From assembly GCA_018221085.1 (NCBI GenBank), contig JAAOXZ010000079.1, positions 1 through 37,343 of the forward strand: DNA of 37,343 nt, in the 5' to 3' direction. The DNA comes from Candidatus Woesearchaeota archaeon (GTDB taxonomy: Archaea > Nanobdellota > Nanobdellia > Woesearchaeales > GW2011-AR9). How positions within the stretch are numbered: position 1 is the first letter of the stretch; every line of letters begins with the position of its first letter. A model generated the notes under the pieces. It saw only the letters and a program-made list of their open reading frames with translations, ran no database searches and was not told where the DNA came from. Below are positions 26,189 through 36,639 of the stretch, one piece after another. The position numbers and the translations under genes are program-made.

Positions 26189-26189
<1 letters not shown>
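24975..26189 (-). CDS. hypothetical protein with protein-kinase-like (APH/choline-kinase-type) signature, translationally coupled to gyrB
   Basis: YRLKG (beta3-Lys-like), RTNAHLGNVVIY (resembles the HGDLHxGN catalytic loop, with Asn at the Asp position), LVDFDAS (DFG/DxD-like). The start ATG shares one base with the gyrB stop (TAATG). Confidence 0.6.
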
Positions 26190-28090
<1,901 letters not shown>

Positions 28091-28263
28091 CTAGTTTCTG
28101 AGTTAAATTTTAAACCTTAAAAAAGTTTACTTATCGTCGACAAAACGTACTAAATCTGAAGACCTTTTTCTTTATAAAGCTTGTGGTTATTTCGGAAAAA
28201 AACACCACAAAACATATAAATCAATCATCATTTTTAACAGCAATTTACGGAGGAATAATAAAA

Positions 28264-28596
28264 ATGGCATTTAGTGGATTTAGTTATGTAATGGGATTTT
28301 TGTTTGGAATGGTAACTATGCCCATAACCGAGTATTGTACAGAAAAAACATCAGAACCAAGGGAAGTTCAACCAAATCAATTAGAACTCACTTGTGAAGA
28401 GTTAGGTAGTGAAGGAAAAGAAGTAACAATTGACGGCACACCCTATGCCTTCTTAAAATGTGATGACCAAGGTAGACCCGTGCTTACACTTTATGAAAGC
28501 AAATCTGCCGAAGTAACTCCAGAATACGGAATGTTACCTGGAGCTCTTTCCGAAAACATCCTTAAAGGTTACGATTCAGACGGTGGAATACAATGA
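28264..28596 (+). CDS. small N-terminally anchored protein with 2-Cys ELTC..IDGTPY..KCD.QGRP domain (paralog of 5500..5757)
   Basis: The ATG at 28264 is preceded by a GGAGG SD. The TATA box at 28171..28178 makes the track GTG start at 28183 unlikely. Confidence 0.65.
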   Translation: MAFSGFSYVMGFLFGMVTMPITEYCTEKTSEPREVQPNQLELTCEELGSEGKEVTIDGTPYAFLKCDDQGRPVLTLYESKSAEVTPEYGMLPGALSENILKGYDSDGGIQ

Positions 28597-28895
28597 CGGA
28601 TGAACATGGTTGTGAAATGAGAGATGAATGTGTTTTGTACCAGCATAGAGAACGCTATAATCAAGGTAGAATAGAAATTCGTATTGATCAATCCTATTGT
28701 GATAGCGTCAGAGAAAGTGATCTCGATAAAACTGGTCATTGTCCGATTTACGATACCTCCATGGAAGGCGTAGCAGCTTTGTTAGAAATGGCTGCAAATT
28801 CTTTTGAAGAAGTTAGTAAAAAATTAGATGGCGTTAATACTGGTCTAGATAAATGTATTGCCCTGTTTAAATATCGTCCCGAAACAGATAAATAA
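28593..28895 (+). CDS. hypothetical Cys-rich protein (100 aa)
   Basis: ATGA start/stop overlap with the preceding gene. Confidence 0.55.
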   Translation: MTDEHGCEMRDECVLYQHRERYNQGRIEIRIDQSYCDSVRESDLDKTGHCPIYDTSMEGVAALLEMAANSFEEVSKKLDGVNTGLDKCIALFKYRPETDK

Positions 28896-28904
28896 TCTCC
28901 GTTT

Positions 28905-29399
28905 CTATCCTTTAAACATATAAGAAAGATTGTTGTATTCGTCTGTTTTGTAAACAGCAATACCTTCATCGTGCCATAGTACGAATTCTTCAATACCTAC
29001 ATCTAAAATCGATTTACTACAGATAGTACAATAAGGTTTTCCTGCCCGAGTTAGCTTTCCTTCTTTGTCAAGTCTAATAAAATATAATCTGGAACCTTTT
29101 ATTTTTTCAGAATTGTGTTTATCTAAAGCATCCATCACTGCTCTTTGTTCAGCATGAACACAACAAGTTTTATCCGTTACTTTTTTGTGATGAGAATCTT
29201 TGGATAAATGACACCTTCTTTGTGCTTCATCATTTCCCGGCGGAGAATTAAAACCCTTACCAAGAATCTCATCATCTTTGATAATCACTGCTCCACACTT
29301 ACTTCGCAAACAAGTAGCTCTCAAAGCTACTTCAGCTGCCTTTCTTAAACACATCTCCGCAATCCTTGCTTCTTCCCCAGTTAAATATCTCATAACCAC
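28905..29399 (-). CDS. dCMP/cytidine deaminase-family zinc enzyme
   Basis: CVHAEQRAV (HAE) and PCTICSKSI (PCxxC) zinc-binding motifs. Confidence 0.85.
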   Translation of the reverse strand: MVMRYLTGEEARIAEMCLRKAAEVALRATCLRSKCGAVIIKDDEILGKGFNSPPGNDEAQRRCHLSKDSHHKKVTDKTCCVHAEQRAVMDALDKHNSEKIKGSRLYFIRLDKEGKLTRAGKPYCTICSKSILDVGIEEFVLWHDEGIAVYKTDEYNNLSYMFKG

Positions 29400-29427
29400 T
29401 CAGAATAACAGACCTTAATAAAAGTTT

Positions 29428-29461
29428 AGGTTCTAACCCATCAACAAATCCGAAACTAGCA
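29428..29461. repeat. degenerate copy 1 of the CcdA-like gene 3' end (cassette boundary)
   Basis: AGGTTCTAACCCATCAACAAATCCGAAACTAGCA; reverse strand would read ..LVSDLLMG*; followed by AAAGATTTATAAA. Confidence 0.7.
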
Positions 29462-29465
29462 AAGA

Positions 29466-29473
29466 TTTATAAA
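29466..29473 (+). promoter_or_regulatory. TATA box with AAAG BRE-like prefix for the methyltransferase cassette
   Basis: AAAGATTTATAAA, 23 nt before ATG 29497; the same 13-mer occurs at 30430..30442. Confidence 0.6.
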
Positions 29474-29496
29474 TCATACTCGGTATTTTCGATGCC

Positions 29497-30357
29497 ATGA
29501 CACAAATAACTGTAGTTACTGATCAAGATTTAGAAAGACAGAGAATATTGGGATTTAATTTAGAAAAGGAAATTGAAAATCCTCGAGACAGTGTTGATCC
29601 AGAACTCTTAAACGTCCTAGCAAATTCAGGAAATACTTCTTATTTAATTGAATTTGATGATGTTAAAGTTCTATCTAGACAATCTGAAGCGTATCCCAAC
29701 CCCACTTTAAATCATTTTGCTCTAGCTCACTATTTAAGAAAACAAGGCGTAACCTCCAAAAAAGTCATAGACTTAGGTTGTGGGGTCGGATTTCTAGGAA
29801 ACTATGGCGCTATTCGTTTAGAACCAGAAGTTATTGTATTCTCAGATTTAAATCCCAATGCCATAAACCAATCCGCTATTTCATATCAACTGAATACTGG
29901 CGTCAATTTACAATCTGCCAAAGAAGTACCTCATCAATATGGAATAGAACTCCAAACCGGAAAACAAACAGTGGATTTAAGAATAGGAAATTCCGCAGAA
30001 ACCTTACACAATTATGATGCCGAAGGTTGCATCAGCTTATGTTCTCCAATGTATTTGCCAGGTATTTGTGAAGTCTTTCCCCAAGCATTTGGATTCTTTG
30101 CCAATGTTGCTAAAAACACTGGCTCTAGATTGTATATTGGACATTCCAATCTTGCTTCAGATTTAGTAGAACAAGCAGCTGAAATGAATGGCTTACGTTT
30201 AACTTCCAAAGAAGAAAAAAGAGTTCCTTTTTTAATTGAATATACTGATGGAAGAGAACAAAGGATATGTGATGGACTTGTTTCTAAAGGATTAGAAATA
30301 GACGAGAATGGCAAAGTGTATCATAAATTAATGGTTTCTGAATTATTTCAAGAATAA
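29497..30357 (+). CDS. class I SAM-dependent methyltransferase (HemK/PrmC-like small-domain type, degenerate NPPY = SPMY)
   Basis: VIDLGCGVGFLG motif I, FSDLNPNAI motif II, CSPMYLP at the NPPY position. Confidence 0.6.
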   Translation: MTQITVVTDQDLERQRILGFNLEKEIENPRDSVDPELLNVLANSGNTSYLIEFDDVKVLSRQSEAYPNPTLNHFALAHYLRKQGVTSKKVIDLGCGVGFLGNYGAIRLEPEVIVFSDLNPNAINQSAISYQLNTGVNLQSAKEVPHQYGIELQTGKQTVDLRIGNSAETLHNYDAEGCISLCSPMYLPGICEVFPQAFGFFANVAKNTGSRLYIGHSNLASDLVEQAAEMNGLRLTSKEEKRVPFLIEYTDGREQRICDGLVSKGLEIDENGKVYHKLMVSELFQE

Positions 30358-30365
30358 TAATCAAC

Positions 30366-30416
30366 TTCTAACCCATCAACAAACTTGGATTAACTAGCAG
30401 AATAATAACTCTAAAG
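30366..30416. repeat. degenerate copy 2 of the CcdA-like gene 3' end (cassette boundary)
   Basis: By my manual alignment about 42 of 51 columns match 31789..31837; reverse strand would read ..LLVNPSLLMG*; followed by AAAGATTTATAAA. Confidence 0.75.
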
Positions 30417-30433
30417 TAGTGAATGACAAAAGA

Positions 30434-30441
30434 TTTATAAA
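30434..30441 (+). promoter_or_regulatory. TATA box with AAAG BRE-like prefix for the protease cassette
   Basis: AAAGATTTATAAA; the ATG at 30491 has a GAAGGT SD. Confidence 0.55.
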
Positions 30442-30490
30442 ACAAATGTTATTATTAAGCTATATTTGTAATTCACGAAGGTAAACTAAA

Positions 30491-31771
30491 ATGAGTAAAA
30501 TAAACACGTTAACTAAAATCGTTGGCAGTACCTTACTAGCTGGAGTTCTGTTTCTTGGGGGACATAGTATTGGAGAGTATAGTGCAACAAATCATTTTAA
30601 ACCAAAAATTGAATTAAAAGAAAAACAAAATCTTGAATTAAAAAAAAAGCTTGATCTAGAGAAAGAAAGGCTTGAATCAGAAAAGGAGCAAAAAATAGAT
30701 TTAGAGAAAAATCTTGAATTAGAAAGGTTGAAAAGAATCGAATTTGAAGAGATATGGGAAGATAGTCTTTTTAACTATGCCCATTTAGGAAAGGTAGATC
30801 TTTCTAGAAAAAAAGTTACACTTGATATTTACATTGATGAAAGTGAAGAACTAGGAGTATACAAAAAAAACAAAGAGAAAATATTCAAGTATGTTTCAGA
30901 TTTCTATAAAAAAATGGGTGTAGATTTAGACATCAGATTTGTTGACACTATTGACCAATCAGCTTTAAAGCCTGCTAAATATCTTGCTATTGAAATATAC
31001 ACTGGGGAAAAATGCGCTCAAAGGGATTGTGAGCTTGAAGGAATAGAAACTTGTAGAATTAGAAAAGAGTATTCGATGGATAAGTTAATGAATATGTATA
31101 CTGCAGGTATAGCACGCATAGATCAAAATATTGCTTTAGCTTGTTACTGTATGGCGGGAAGTTTAGAAGATGCAATAGAGGACTTTTCTCTTGATGAATT
31201 GGAAAAAAGGATTGACACAGTAGAAAAGACCATAGAAAAAGGTATGGAAGAGTATAAAATGATTACAGAAGCATATAGAAAAGGAAGGATTGAATTAGAA
31301 AAATTAAATTTTGTTTTTATTGACAAATTCTTTAATTCCTTCTTCATGGAAAAGAGAAAGAAAATAGAAAAGTTAACAGAAGAGATGTTAATCATGGGTG
31401 AATTAATGAGAGACGTAGATAAAAAAAGAACTAAAAAGAGACCTTCTAATGCTGGAATCAGAAGAAAAGCTGGAACGATTATCCATGAACTTGGCCATCT
31501 TTTTGGATTATACCACAGCGATTCATTTACTAATGATCCAGTACCAGATTATCTTAGTACAAAAAGAGACACACCAAATTATATGGTATCAGTTACAAAC
31601 CCAAATTATTCTATTAGATTTCCTACTGGACATGGATTTAACGAGTTCCAAAAAAGAATGGTTCATAGTTATTTAGGTGGTGGGAAGGTATATCAACAAC
31701 TAGAAGCGGTAAATTTTGATTTTTATAAATATCTTGAACATATTAAAAAAGCGAATAATTATAGGGAGTGA
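30491..31771 (+). CDS. membrane-anchored zinc metalloprotease (metzincin-like HExxHxxGxxH)
   Basis: N-terminal TM, coiled coil, IIHELGHLFGLYH. Confidence 0.7.
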   Translation: MSKINTLTKIVGSTLLAGVLFLGGHSIGEYSATNHFKPKIELKEKQNLELKKKLDLEKERLESEKEQKIDLEKNLELERLKRIEFEEIWEDSLFNYAHLGKVDLSRKKVTLDIYIDESEELGVYKKNKEKIFKYVSDFYKKMGVDLDIRFVDTIDQSALKPAKYLAIEIYTGEKCAQRDCELEGIETCRIRKEYSMDKLMNMYTAGIARIDQNIALACYCMAGSLEDAIEDFSLDELEKRIDTVEKTIEKGMEEYKMITEAYRKGRIELEKLNFVFIDKFFNSFFMEKRKKIEKLTEEMLIMGELMRDVDKKRTKKRPSNAGIRRKAGTIIHELGHLFGLYHSDSFTNDPVPDYLSTKRDTPNYMVSVTNPNYSIRFPTGHGFNEFQKRMVHSYLGGGKVYQQLEAVNFDFYKYLEHIKKANNYRE

Positions 31772-31788
31772 AAAAGAAATTTGAGAGG

Positions 31789-31837
31789 TTCTAACCCATC
31801 AATAGTCCCGGATTAACTAGTAGAACAATACCTAAAG
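31789..31837. repeat. authentic 3' end of the CcdA-like gene (..LLVNPGLLMG*), master copy of the boundary repeat
   Basis: TTCTAACCCATCAATAGTCCCGGATTAACTAGTAGAACAATACCTAAAG, contiguous with the 31791..32621 reading frame. Confidence 0.8.
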
Positions 31838-32621
31838 CAACCATGATTAAACCGCCGATTAACTTAATGATCTGCATTTGTCTTTTACTGATTTGTCGAC
31901 CTTGGAAAGTGTAACCCATTACTCCAATTACCACCGCTAACGGCAGTACATATACTAAATTATACAACAACAAGTAAGCATAACTACCCAAACTATGGGA
32001 GGCATACTTTCCCGCTAACACTCCAGAATAAATTATCGGAAACCCCGCCGTACAAGGTAACTCAATCAAAGAACTAAAGGCTGCTAGGGTTACAGAAGAT
32101 AATATTAAAGCCGGCATCGAAGCAAACATAATTTTTTCTTTCATCCGCTCAATCATTCTTAATAAAGGACCTTTATGTTTCTCCTGAATCATCAAAGTAA
32201 CTCCCTTCCGGAACCAAAAGAATTCCTTGCAATTAATCAATCCAGCAATCAAGGCCAATAAAGCAATCCCAATCCGCAACGGATCGATAAAACCAATAAA
32301 CCTAAAGATATTCAACCACGCTGTCATAAATAAGAAATAAATCACAAACACCATTACCACAAAAGTATAACCCACCACATAGATTCTTTTCCGACTATGA
32401 GATGCTGAAACCAATAAACCCAACAACAATGTCAAAACAAACAAATTACAGGGATTAAAACCATCAACTAAGGCCACAATAAAAGTAAACACTGGCAAGG
32501 GTAACACCAAACCCATATTTTTCAAAAAACCAGAAGATGCCATCTTAGTTAAAAAGAAAAACACCACTATACCTGCTAAAACCAATCCAGCAATTAAAAA
32601 CCTTTTACTTCTAATTCTCAT
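31791..32621 (-). CDS. CcdA/DsbD-like thiol-disulfide transporter membrane protein
   Basis: Multi-TM with two intramembrane Pro-Cys motifs (FNPCNLF, ELPCTAGFP); ATGA overlap with the upstream thioredoxin-like gene. Confidence 0.55.
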   Translation of the reverse strand: MRIRSKRFLIAGLVLAGIVVFFFLTKMASSGFLKNMGLVLPLPVFTFIVALVDGFNPCNLFVLTLLLGLLVSASHSRKRIYVVGYTFVVMVFVIYFLFMTAWLNIFRFIGFIDPLRIGIALLALIAGLINCKEFFWFRKGVTLMIQEKHKGPLLRMIERMKEKIMFASMPALILSSVTLAAFSSLIELPCTAGFPIIYSGVLAGKYASHSLGSYAYLLLYNLVYVLPLAVVIGVMGYTFQGRQISKRQMQIIKLIGGLIMVALGIVLLVNPGLLMG

Positions 32622-33097
32622 TCTAAAAATTTACTAATAATTTCAAAATATTCCTCTTTTGATTTTCCACCAACATAAACATCACAACCCACTAACATAG
32701 TTGGAGTATAATGTGGTTGGATTCTTAATTTCTTCATTTCTAAAGAATCTGCGCTCTCGGATAAATCTAAGAAAGTAATATCTACTCCCAATTCTATCCC
32801 TACATCTCTTATTAACGGAACTACCACACTACAAGCCCCACAATATTTTGATTCCAAAACAACAATCTTATCGTCCAGACTTCTTTCAGTACATAATCCA
32901 TTAGAAAGACTTCCTTCTTTATCTAAAATCACTGCCCCATCTTTCACAGTATATTCAGAAACGGGTAATTCATGGTCTTTAGCACATCCTTGTGCTAACA
33001 TTGCCACCAGTACCAAACCCACCAATAATCCTTTTTTATACATATTCTTCTCTAAAGAGAAAAACCATTTAAATATCTTTCTTTTCTTATGGTTCAT
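32618..33097 (-). CDS. secreted/anchored thioredoxin-fold protein (CxxC)
   Basis: N-terminal hydrophobic anchor, SKYCGACSVVVP CxxC motif. Confidence 0.6.
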   Translation of the reverse strand: MNHKKRKIFKWFFSLEKNMYKKGLLVGLVLVAMLAQGCAKDHELPVSEYTVKDGAVILDKEGSLSNGLCTERSLDDKIVVLESKYCGACSVVVPLIRDVGIELGVDITFLDLSESADSLEMKKLRIQPHYTPTMLVGCDVYVGGKSKEEYFEIISKFLE

Positions 33098-33378
33098 TCT
33101 TTATTTTCTATCTTGATTGCTTTTCCTTTTACTAACGCTTCGGTTACTTTTTCCCTAGCGGACAACAATATCCGATGAAAAGTCGGTTGAGAAACATTCA
33201 TCCTTTCTGCCGCTTTTTTTTGCTCTAGATTCAGAGTATTCTTCAATCTCAATGCTTCTAACTCTTCACGGGAAATGACCACTTCCTCTAATTTTCTTAA
33301 CGGCACTCCCGCTGGTTTAAAGTAAGTTACTTCTGGATTGAAGCGTACTCTTCTTCTTAATCTAGGACGAGGCACCAT
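33094..33378 (-). CDS. DUF134 (UPF0251) predicted DNA-binding protein
   Basis: PRPRLRRRVRFNPEVTYFKPAGVP...EELEALRL......AAERMNVSQPTFHRIL..AR.K matches the family. Confidence 0.8.
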   Translation of the reverse strand: MVPRPRLRRRVRFNPEVTYFKPAGVPLRKLEEVVISREELEALRLKNTLNLEQKKAAERMNVSQPTFHRILLSAREKVTEALVKGKAIKIENKE

Positions 33379-33379
33379 T

Positions 33380-33523
33380 TTATTCCGGATTCATTCTTCC
33401 AGCTCTTCGTCCTCGACCAAAGCCTCTCCCTTGAGGGCAAGGTTTAGCTCCATCACATTTTCCTCGTTGTCGACCAGTTAAGGTACCTTTACCTTCCGGT
33501 CCAGTTCCATCTCTATTTGGCAT
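33380..33523 (-). CDS. DUF5320-family small protein (47 aa)
   Basis: Below the ORF-track size cutoff. Reverse strand reads MPNRDGTGPEGKGTLTGRQRGKCDGAKPCPQGRGFGRGRRAGRMNPE; GGAGGT SD; the stop abuts the DUF134 start. Confidence 0.7.
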   Translation of the reverse strand: MPNRDGTGPEGKGTLTGRQRGKCDGAKPCPQGRGFGRGRRAGRMNPE

Positions 33524-33589
33524 TTTATTTTACCTCCGTTGTTTATAATGAATATATATTCATAACCATTTATAAACTTTTCTATCAAA

Positions 33590-34105
33590 ATGATAACAAT
33601 TATAAACTCCCTTAAACTCCTTTTAACAATGAATCATTCCATCAAAGTAGGTTTTAGTTTTGGTTTAGCCTCTGGTGTCATCACTACTTTAGGTTTAATA
33701 GTTGGTTTACATTCCAGTACCCATTCTCTTTCAGTTATTATTGGTGGTATTCTAATCATTGCCATCGCTGACGCTCTTTCCGATGCTACTGGCATTCATA
33801 TTTCAGAAGAATCAGAAAATAAACATACCACTTTAGAAATCTGGCAAGCGGCTACTGCCACTTTTTTCACTAAATTTATTTTCGCTTTAACTTTTGTCGT
33901 CCCATTATTACTATTTCAACTCACCACTGCCATTATAGTTAGTATTGCTTGGGGCCTCTCCTTACTAACTATTTTCAGTATCTACTTAGCCAAACAACAA
34001 AAAGCTAAAATTTGGAAAGTTGTCGGTGAACACTTATTCATTGCCGTAGCAGTTATCGTTATCACACATTATGTCGGACGTTGGGTTTCTTTATACTTTG
34101 GATAG
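33590..34105 (+). CDS. VIT1/CCC1-related small membrane protein (possible Fe/Mn transporter); true start possibly ATG 33629
   Basis: Multi-TM with IADALSDATGIHISEESE between TM segments. The TATA box at 33569..33576 sits too close to 33590. Confidence 0.5.
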   Translation: MITIINSLKLLLTMNHSIKVGFSFGLASGVITTLGLIVGLHSSTHSLSVIIGGILIIAIADALSDATGIHISEESENKHTTLEIWQAATATFFTKFIFALTFVVPLLLFQLTTAIIVSIAWGLSLLTIFSIYLAKQQKAKIWKVVGEHLFIAVAVIVITHYVGRWVSLYFG

Positions 34106-34157
34106 AACATCAAACAAAAAATTTGTATCTAAAAATTACACTTTTATTGCATATAAC

Positions 34158-34343
34158 CTAATAATCCTTATTTGCTTTATTATACAAGTTTTCTTGAACA
34201 TGTCTTCTAAGTTTTATTGCGTTCTCACTTAATATCTTTGGATCATTCACCACCATGGCCACAACGTCTCTTCTTATTATAATCCCTTCTGGATTATCCT
34301 TCTCTTTCATTCTTACTTCTGTAATTATCTCTCCGAGCCCCAT
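34158..34343 (-). CDS. hypothetical protein (61 aa)
   Basis: ORF only. Confidence 0.35.
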   Translation of the reverse strand: MGLGEIITEVRMKEKDNPEGIIIRRDVVAMVVNDPKILSENAIKLRRHVQENLYNKANKDY

Positions 34344-34411
34344 TTTTGTTATTCCCTCCTTATTTAATTCGTTTTAAAACAATAACAATCATAAGTATAT
34401 AAAGTTTTATC

Positions 34412-36604
34412 CTAAAAAAACCCAATAAACTTAAGGGATGCTTGAAGATCATTTGAACCATAAATTACTCCCTCGTATGTGGATTCTGTTTCTGGCAGCA
34501 GCAACGCCCGCAAATCAAATTGTATCAGAAATAAATCATTAATATTTCCTCCGGCAGAAATATTAGCTAAATGACCATAATGATTATTCTGATTAGTGTA
34601 ACCGTAACGACCTTTAAACAAAAAGTCTTCATAACCAATTATCAAATCTACTCCATGAATATTCTCTGCCAGATCACTAAAATATCCCCCACCAATAAAA
34701 AAGGAATTATCGGCACCATACGTAGTTCTCAATAATAATTCTGGACCCATCAACCGCACATTGAACAATAAGCCATCTAAATCTGAACATAACTTCCTCA
34801 AGACTCGATCATGTTTAGTTTGTTTCCCTGGTTTAGGTGAAGCTTCAATCTGTTCTACTGCCGTATGGTAATCCAGAACTTTTCTACTATCGTCAAACAA
34901 CACCACTGAAGCATCCACTGCCAAAACCATGGCCGGTTCCAACGAATGCGACAATAACCGCTCATAGTATTCATCTCCCAACGCCTGTTCTAAGGATACT
35001 TTTGCTACCACGTACGGAACATCTAAAACCATTCCCGCCCTTAACACCGAATCGGGAAACGTTTTTAGAGCTATAAATGGATTTATTGCCAATCCTTTTA
35101 CTCCTGCCGCCAAATTCAATCGCGGCATCACATCAAAAAGTTCTTTACTATCTCCCCGACTCTTTACTCGTCCGTTTTTAACCACTCGATTGTACCACTT
35201 ATAATCATCATCAAATAGTTCCAAACCAGCAGTTGCCGAATACCAAAATAAATCTTGCTGTTCTTCGGAAAAAACATAAATTAGATTTCTAGTCCTTCCT
35301 TCTCTCATGCTCTTCCACATTTCATTATATTTCCATAGCCATTCTTTACTCTCGGTTTTAAATTCAAAATTTAAAAAAATGTGTCCGGTTTCTTGACGGA
35401 TGTTTCTTTTTTCATAAACAATTCCCAGTCCGTATTTACCGCGTTCCAATACTTTAGCTATTTCAAAAGATTCTGATAGACTTTCCAACGTTTCCGTCTG
35501 CAAATCAAAAATAGCATTAAGATTAATGTCTCTCAAATGAATATCAAAATCAGAAAGTCGATATAATAACACCAATAGTGGATCAATATCAAAAAATTCA
35601 GAAATTTTCACTCCTTCCGTCAATTTTAAATCCAGATTAAAAAAAATCTTACCTCCGTAATGATTTTTTGAAGCTACCACGTGATCAAAAACCCACTCTT
35701 GGTCTCCCAATTTAACATTTTGCGTAAAAGAAACCGCCGTATCTACTTTGCCCTTGCCTTCTAAATTTAATCTGGCCGTGACATAATCATCAGAAATCTG
35801 TAATTCCATTAAATCACTTAATCCTTCAGCCAAATTAACAATATTCCTTAATGATCTATCTTTTAGAGTAATATTACTTAACAGATCTCCATCTATGATA
35901 TTCCTGATGACATCGTCACTGAAAGTGTGATCAAACAAATAATTAGTGTCTTCCAAAAATTCTTCTACTGCTTCTTCAGTGTCTCTTTTTTGTTGTTCAG
36001 TGATGTTATGGTCGTCAAAAAACCCTTCCAAATCTCCTTTGACCACACTCACTATCAACTCATATAAAAATTCTTCAGAATATTGATTGGAATAAATATC
36101 CATCAGATCATCCTTCAATTCAGTAACATTATTTAAAAAAGTATTTCCTACCCAGTCTTTTTCTGAATTGAACAGATTTATGAAACTACCTAAACTAGTC
36201 CCACCCAACCCAATATCATCCAAATAAGTGTTATCTAAATTATCTAAACTTTTGAAATATTCTAAAATCGGTGCATCCCGATAATAAAAATCATCTTCTC
36301 CCAATTTCCAGGTAAATCCCTTTCCCCCAAAATCACCATTTAAATTAAAATCAAATCCTTGGGGTAATTTATAGAATGCGGAAGCACTTCCCAAAATATC
36401 CGAACTTAGAGTAGTCCATCCCAATGGACCTGTAGAAGTGTATTTTTGCGGTTTGTCTAAATCTTCTTGTAGTTTTTTTTCTAAAGTAACTTCTACTTGT
36501 GATTTTTGTTCTCTTGGTTTGAGTTCACCGCCCTTGGAAGGAATTGCAGAACTTAAGGTTAATAACATTCCTAATGAAGCGACGGCATTCTTCCAGAAAG
36601 CCAT
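34412..36604 (-). CDS. large secreted hypothetical protein (730 aa)
   Basis: N-terminal signal peptide MAFWKNAVASLGMLLTLSSA; acidic, Asp/Leu/Phe-rich; C-terminus ends ..SLKFIGFF. Confidence 0.7.
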   Translation of the reverse strand: MAFWKNAVASLGMLLTLSSAIPSKGGELKPREQKSQVEVTLEKKLQEDLDKPQKYTSTGPLGWTTLSSDILGSASAFYKLPQGFDFNLNGDFGGKGFTWKLGEDDFYYRDAPILEYFKSLDNLDNTYLDDIGLGGTSLGSFINLFNSEKDWVGNTFLNNVTELKDDLMDIYSNQYSEEFLYELIVSVVKGDLEGFFDDHNITEQQKRDTEEAVEEFLEDTNYLFDHTFSDDVIRNIIDGDLLSNITLKDRSLRNIVNLAEGLSDLMELQISDDYVTARLNLEGKGKVDTAVSFTQNVKLGDQEWVFDHVVASKNHYGGKIFFNLDLKLTEGVKISEFFDIDPLLVLLYRLSDFDIHLRDINLNAIFDLQTETLESLSESFEIAKVLERGKYGLGIVYEKRNIRQETGHIFLNFEFKTESKEWLWKYNEMWKSMREGRTRNLIYVFSEEQQDLFWYSATAGLELFDDDYKWYNRVVKNGRVKSRGDSKELFDVMPRLNLAAGVKGLAINPFIALKTFPDSVLRAGMVLDVPYVVAKVSLEQALGDEYYERLLSHSLEPAMVLAVDASVVLFDDSRKVLDYHTAVEQIEASPKPGKQTKHDRVLRKLCSDLDGLLFNVRLMGPELLLRTTYGADNSFFIGGGYFSDLAENIHGVDLIIGYEDFLFKGRYGYTNQNNHYGHLANISAGGNINDLFLIQFDLRALLLPETESTYEGVIYGSNDLQASLKFIGFF

Positions 36605-36639
36605 ACTCCCAAGATAAGAAGGAGGTTTAAAAAATTTTG

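Noticed and set aside
28183-28263. GTG-initiated N-terminal extension of the 28264 gene
   Set aside because: The TATA box at 28171..28178 would put the transcription start inside the extension. The GGAGG SD and the paralog alignment favour ATG 28264.
29428-31837. Interpreting the cassette boundaries as integron attC sites
   Set aside because: I could not find the paired inverted core sites (RYYYAAC ... GTTRRRY) or an imperfect palindrome within the repeats. No IntI-like recombinase is in the window. The repeats are plainly derived from a coding 3' end, so target-site duplication is the better description.
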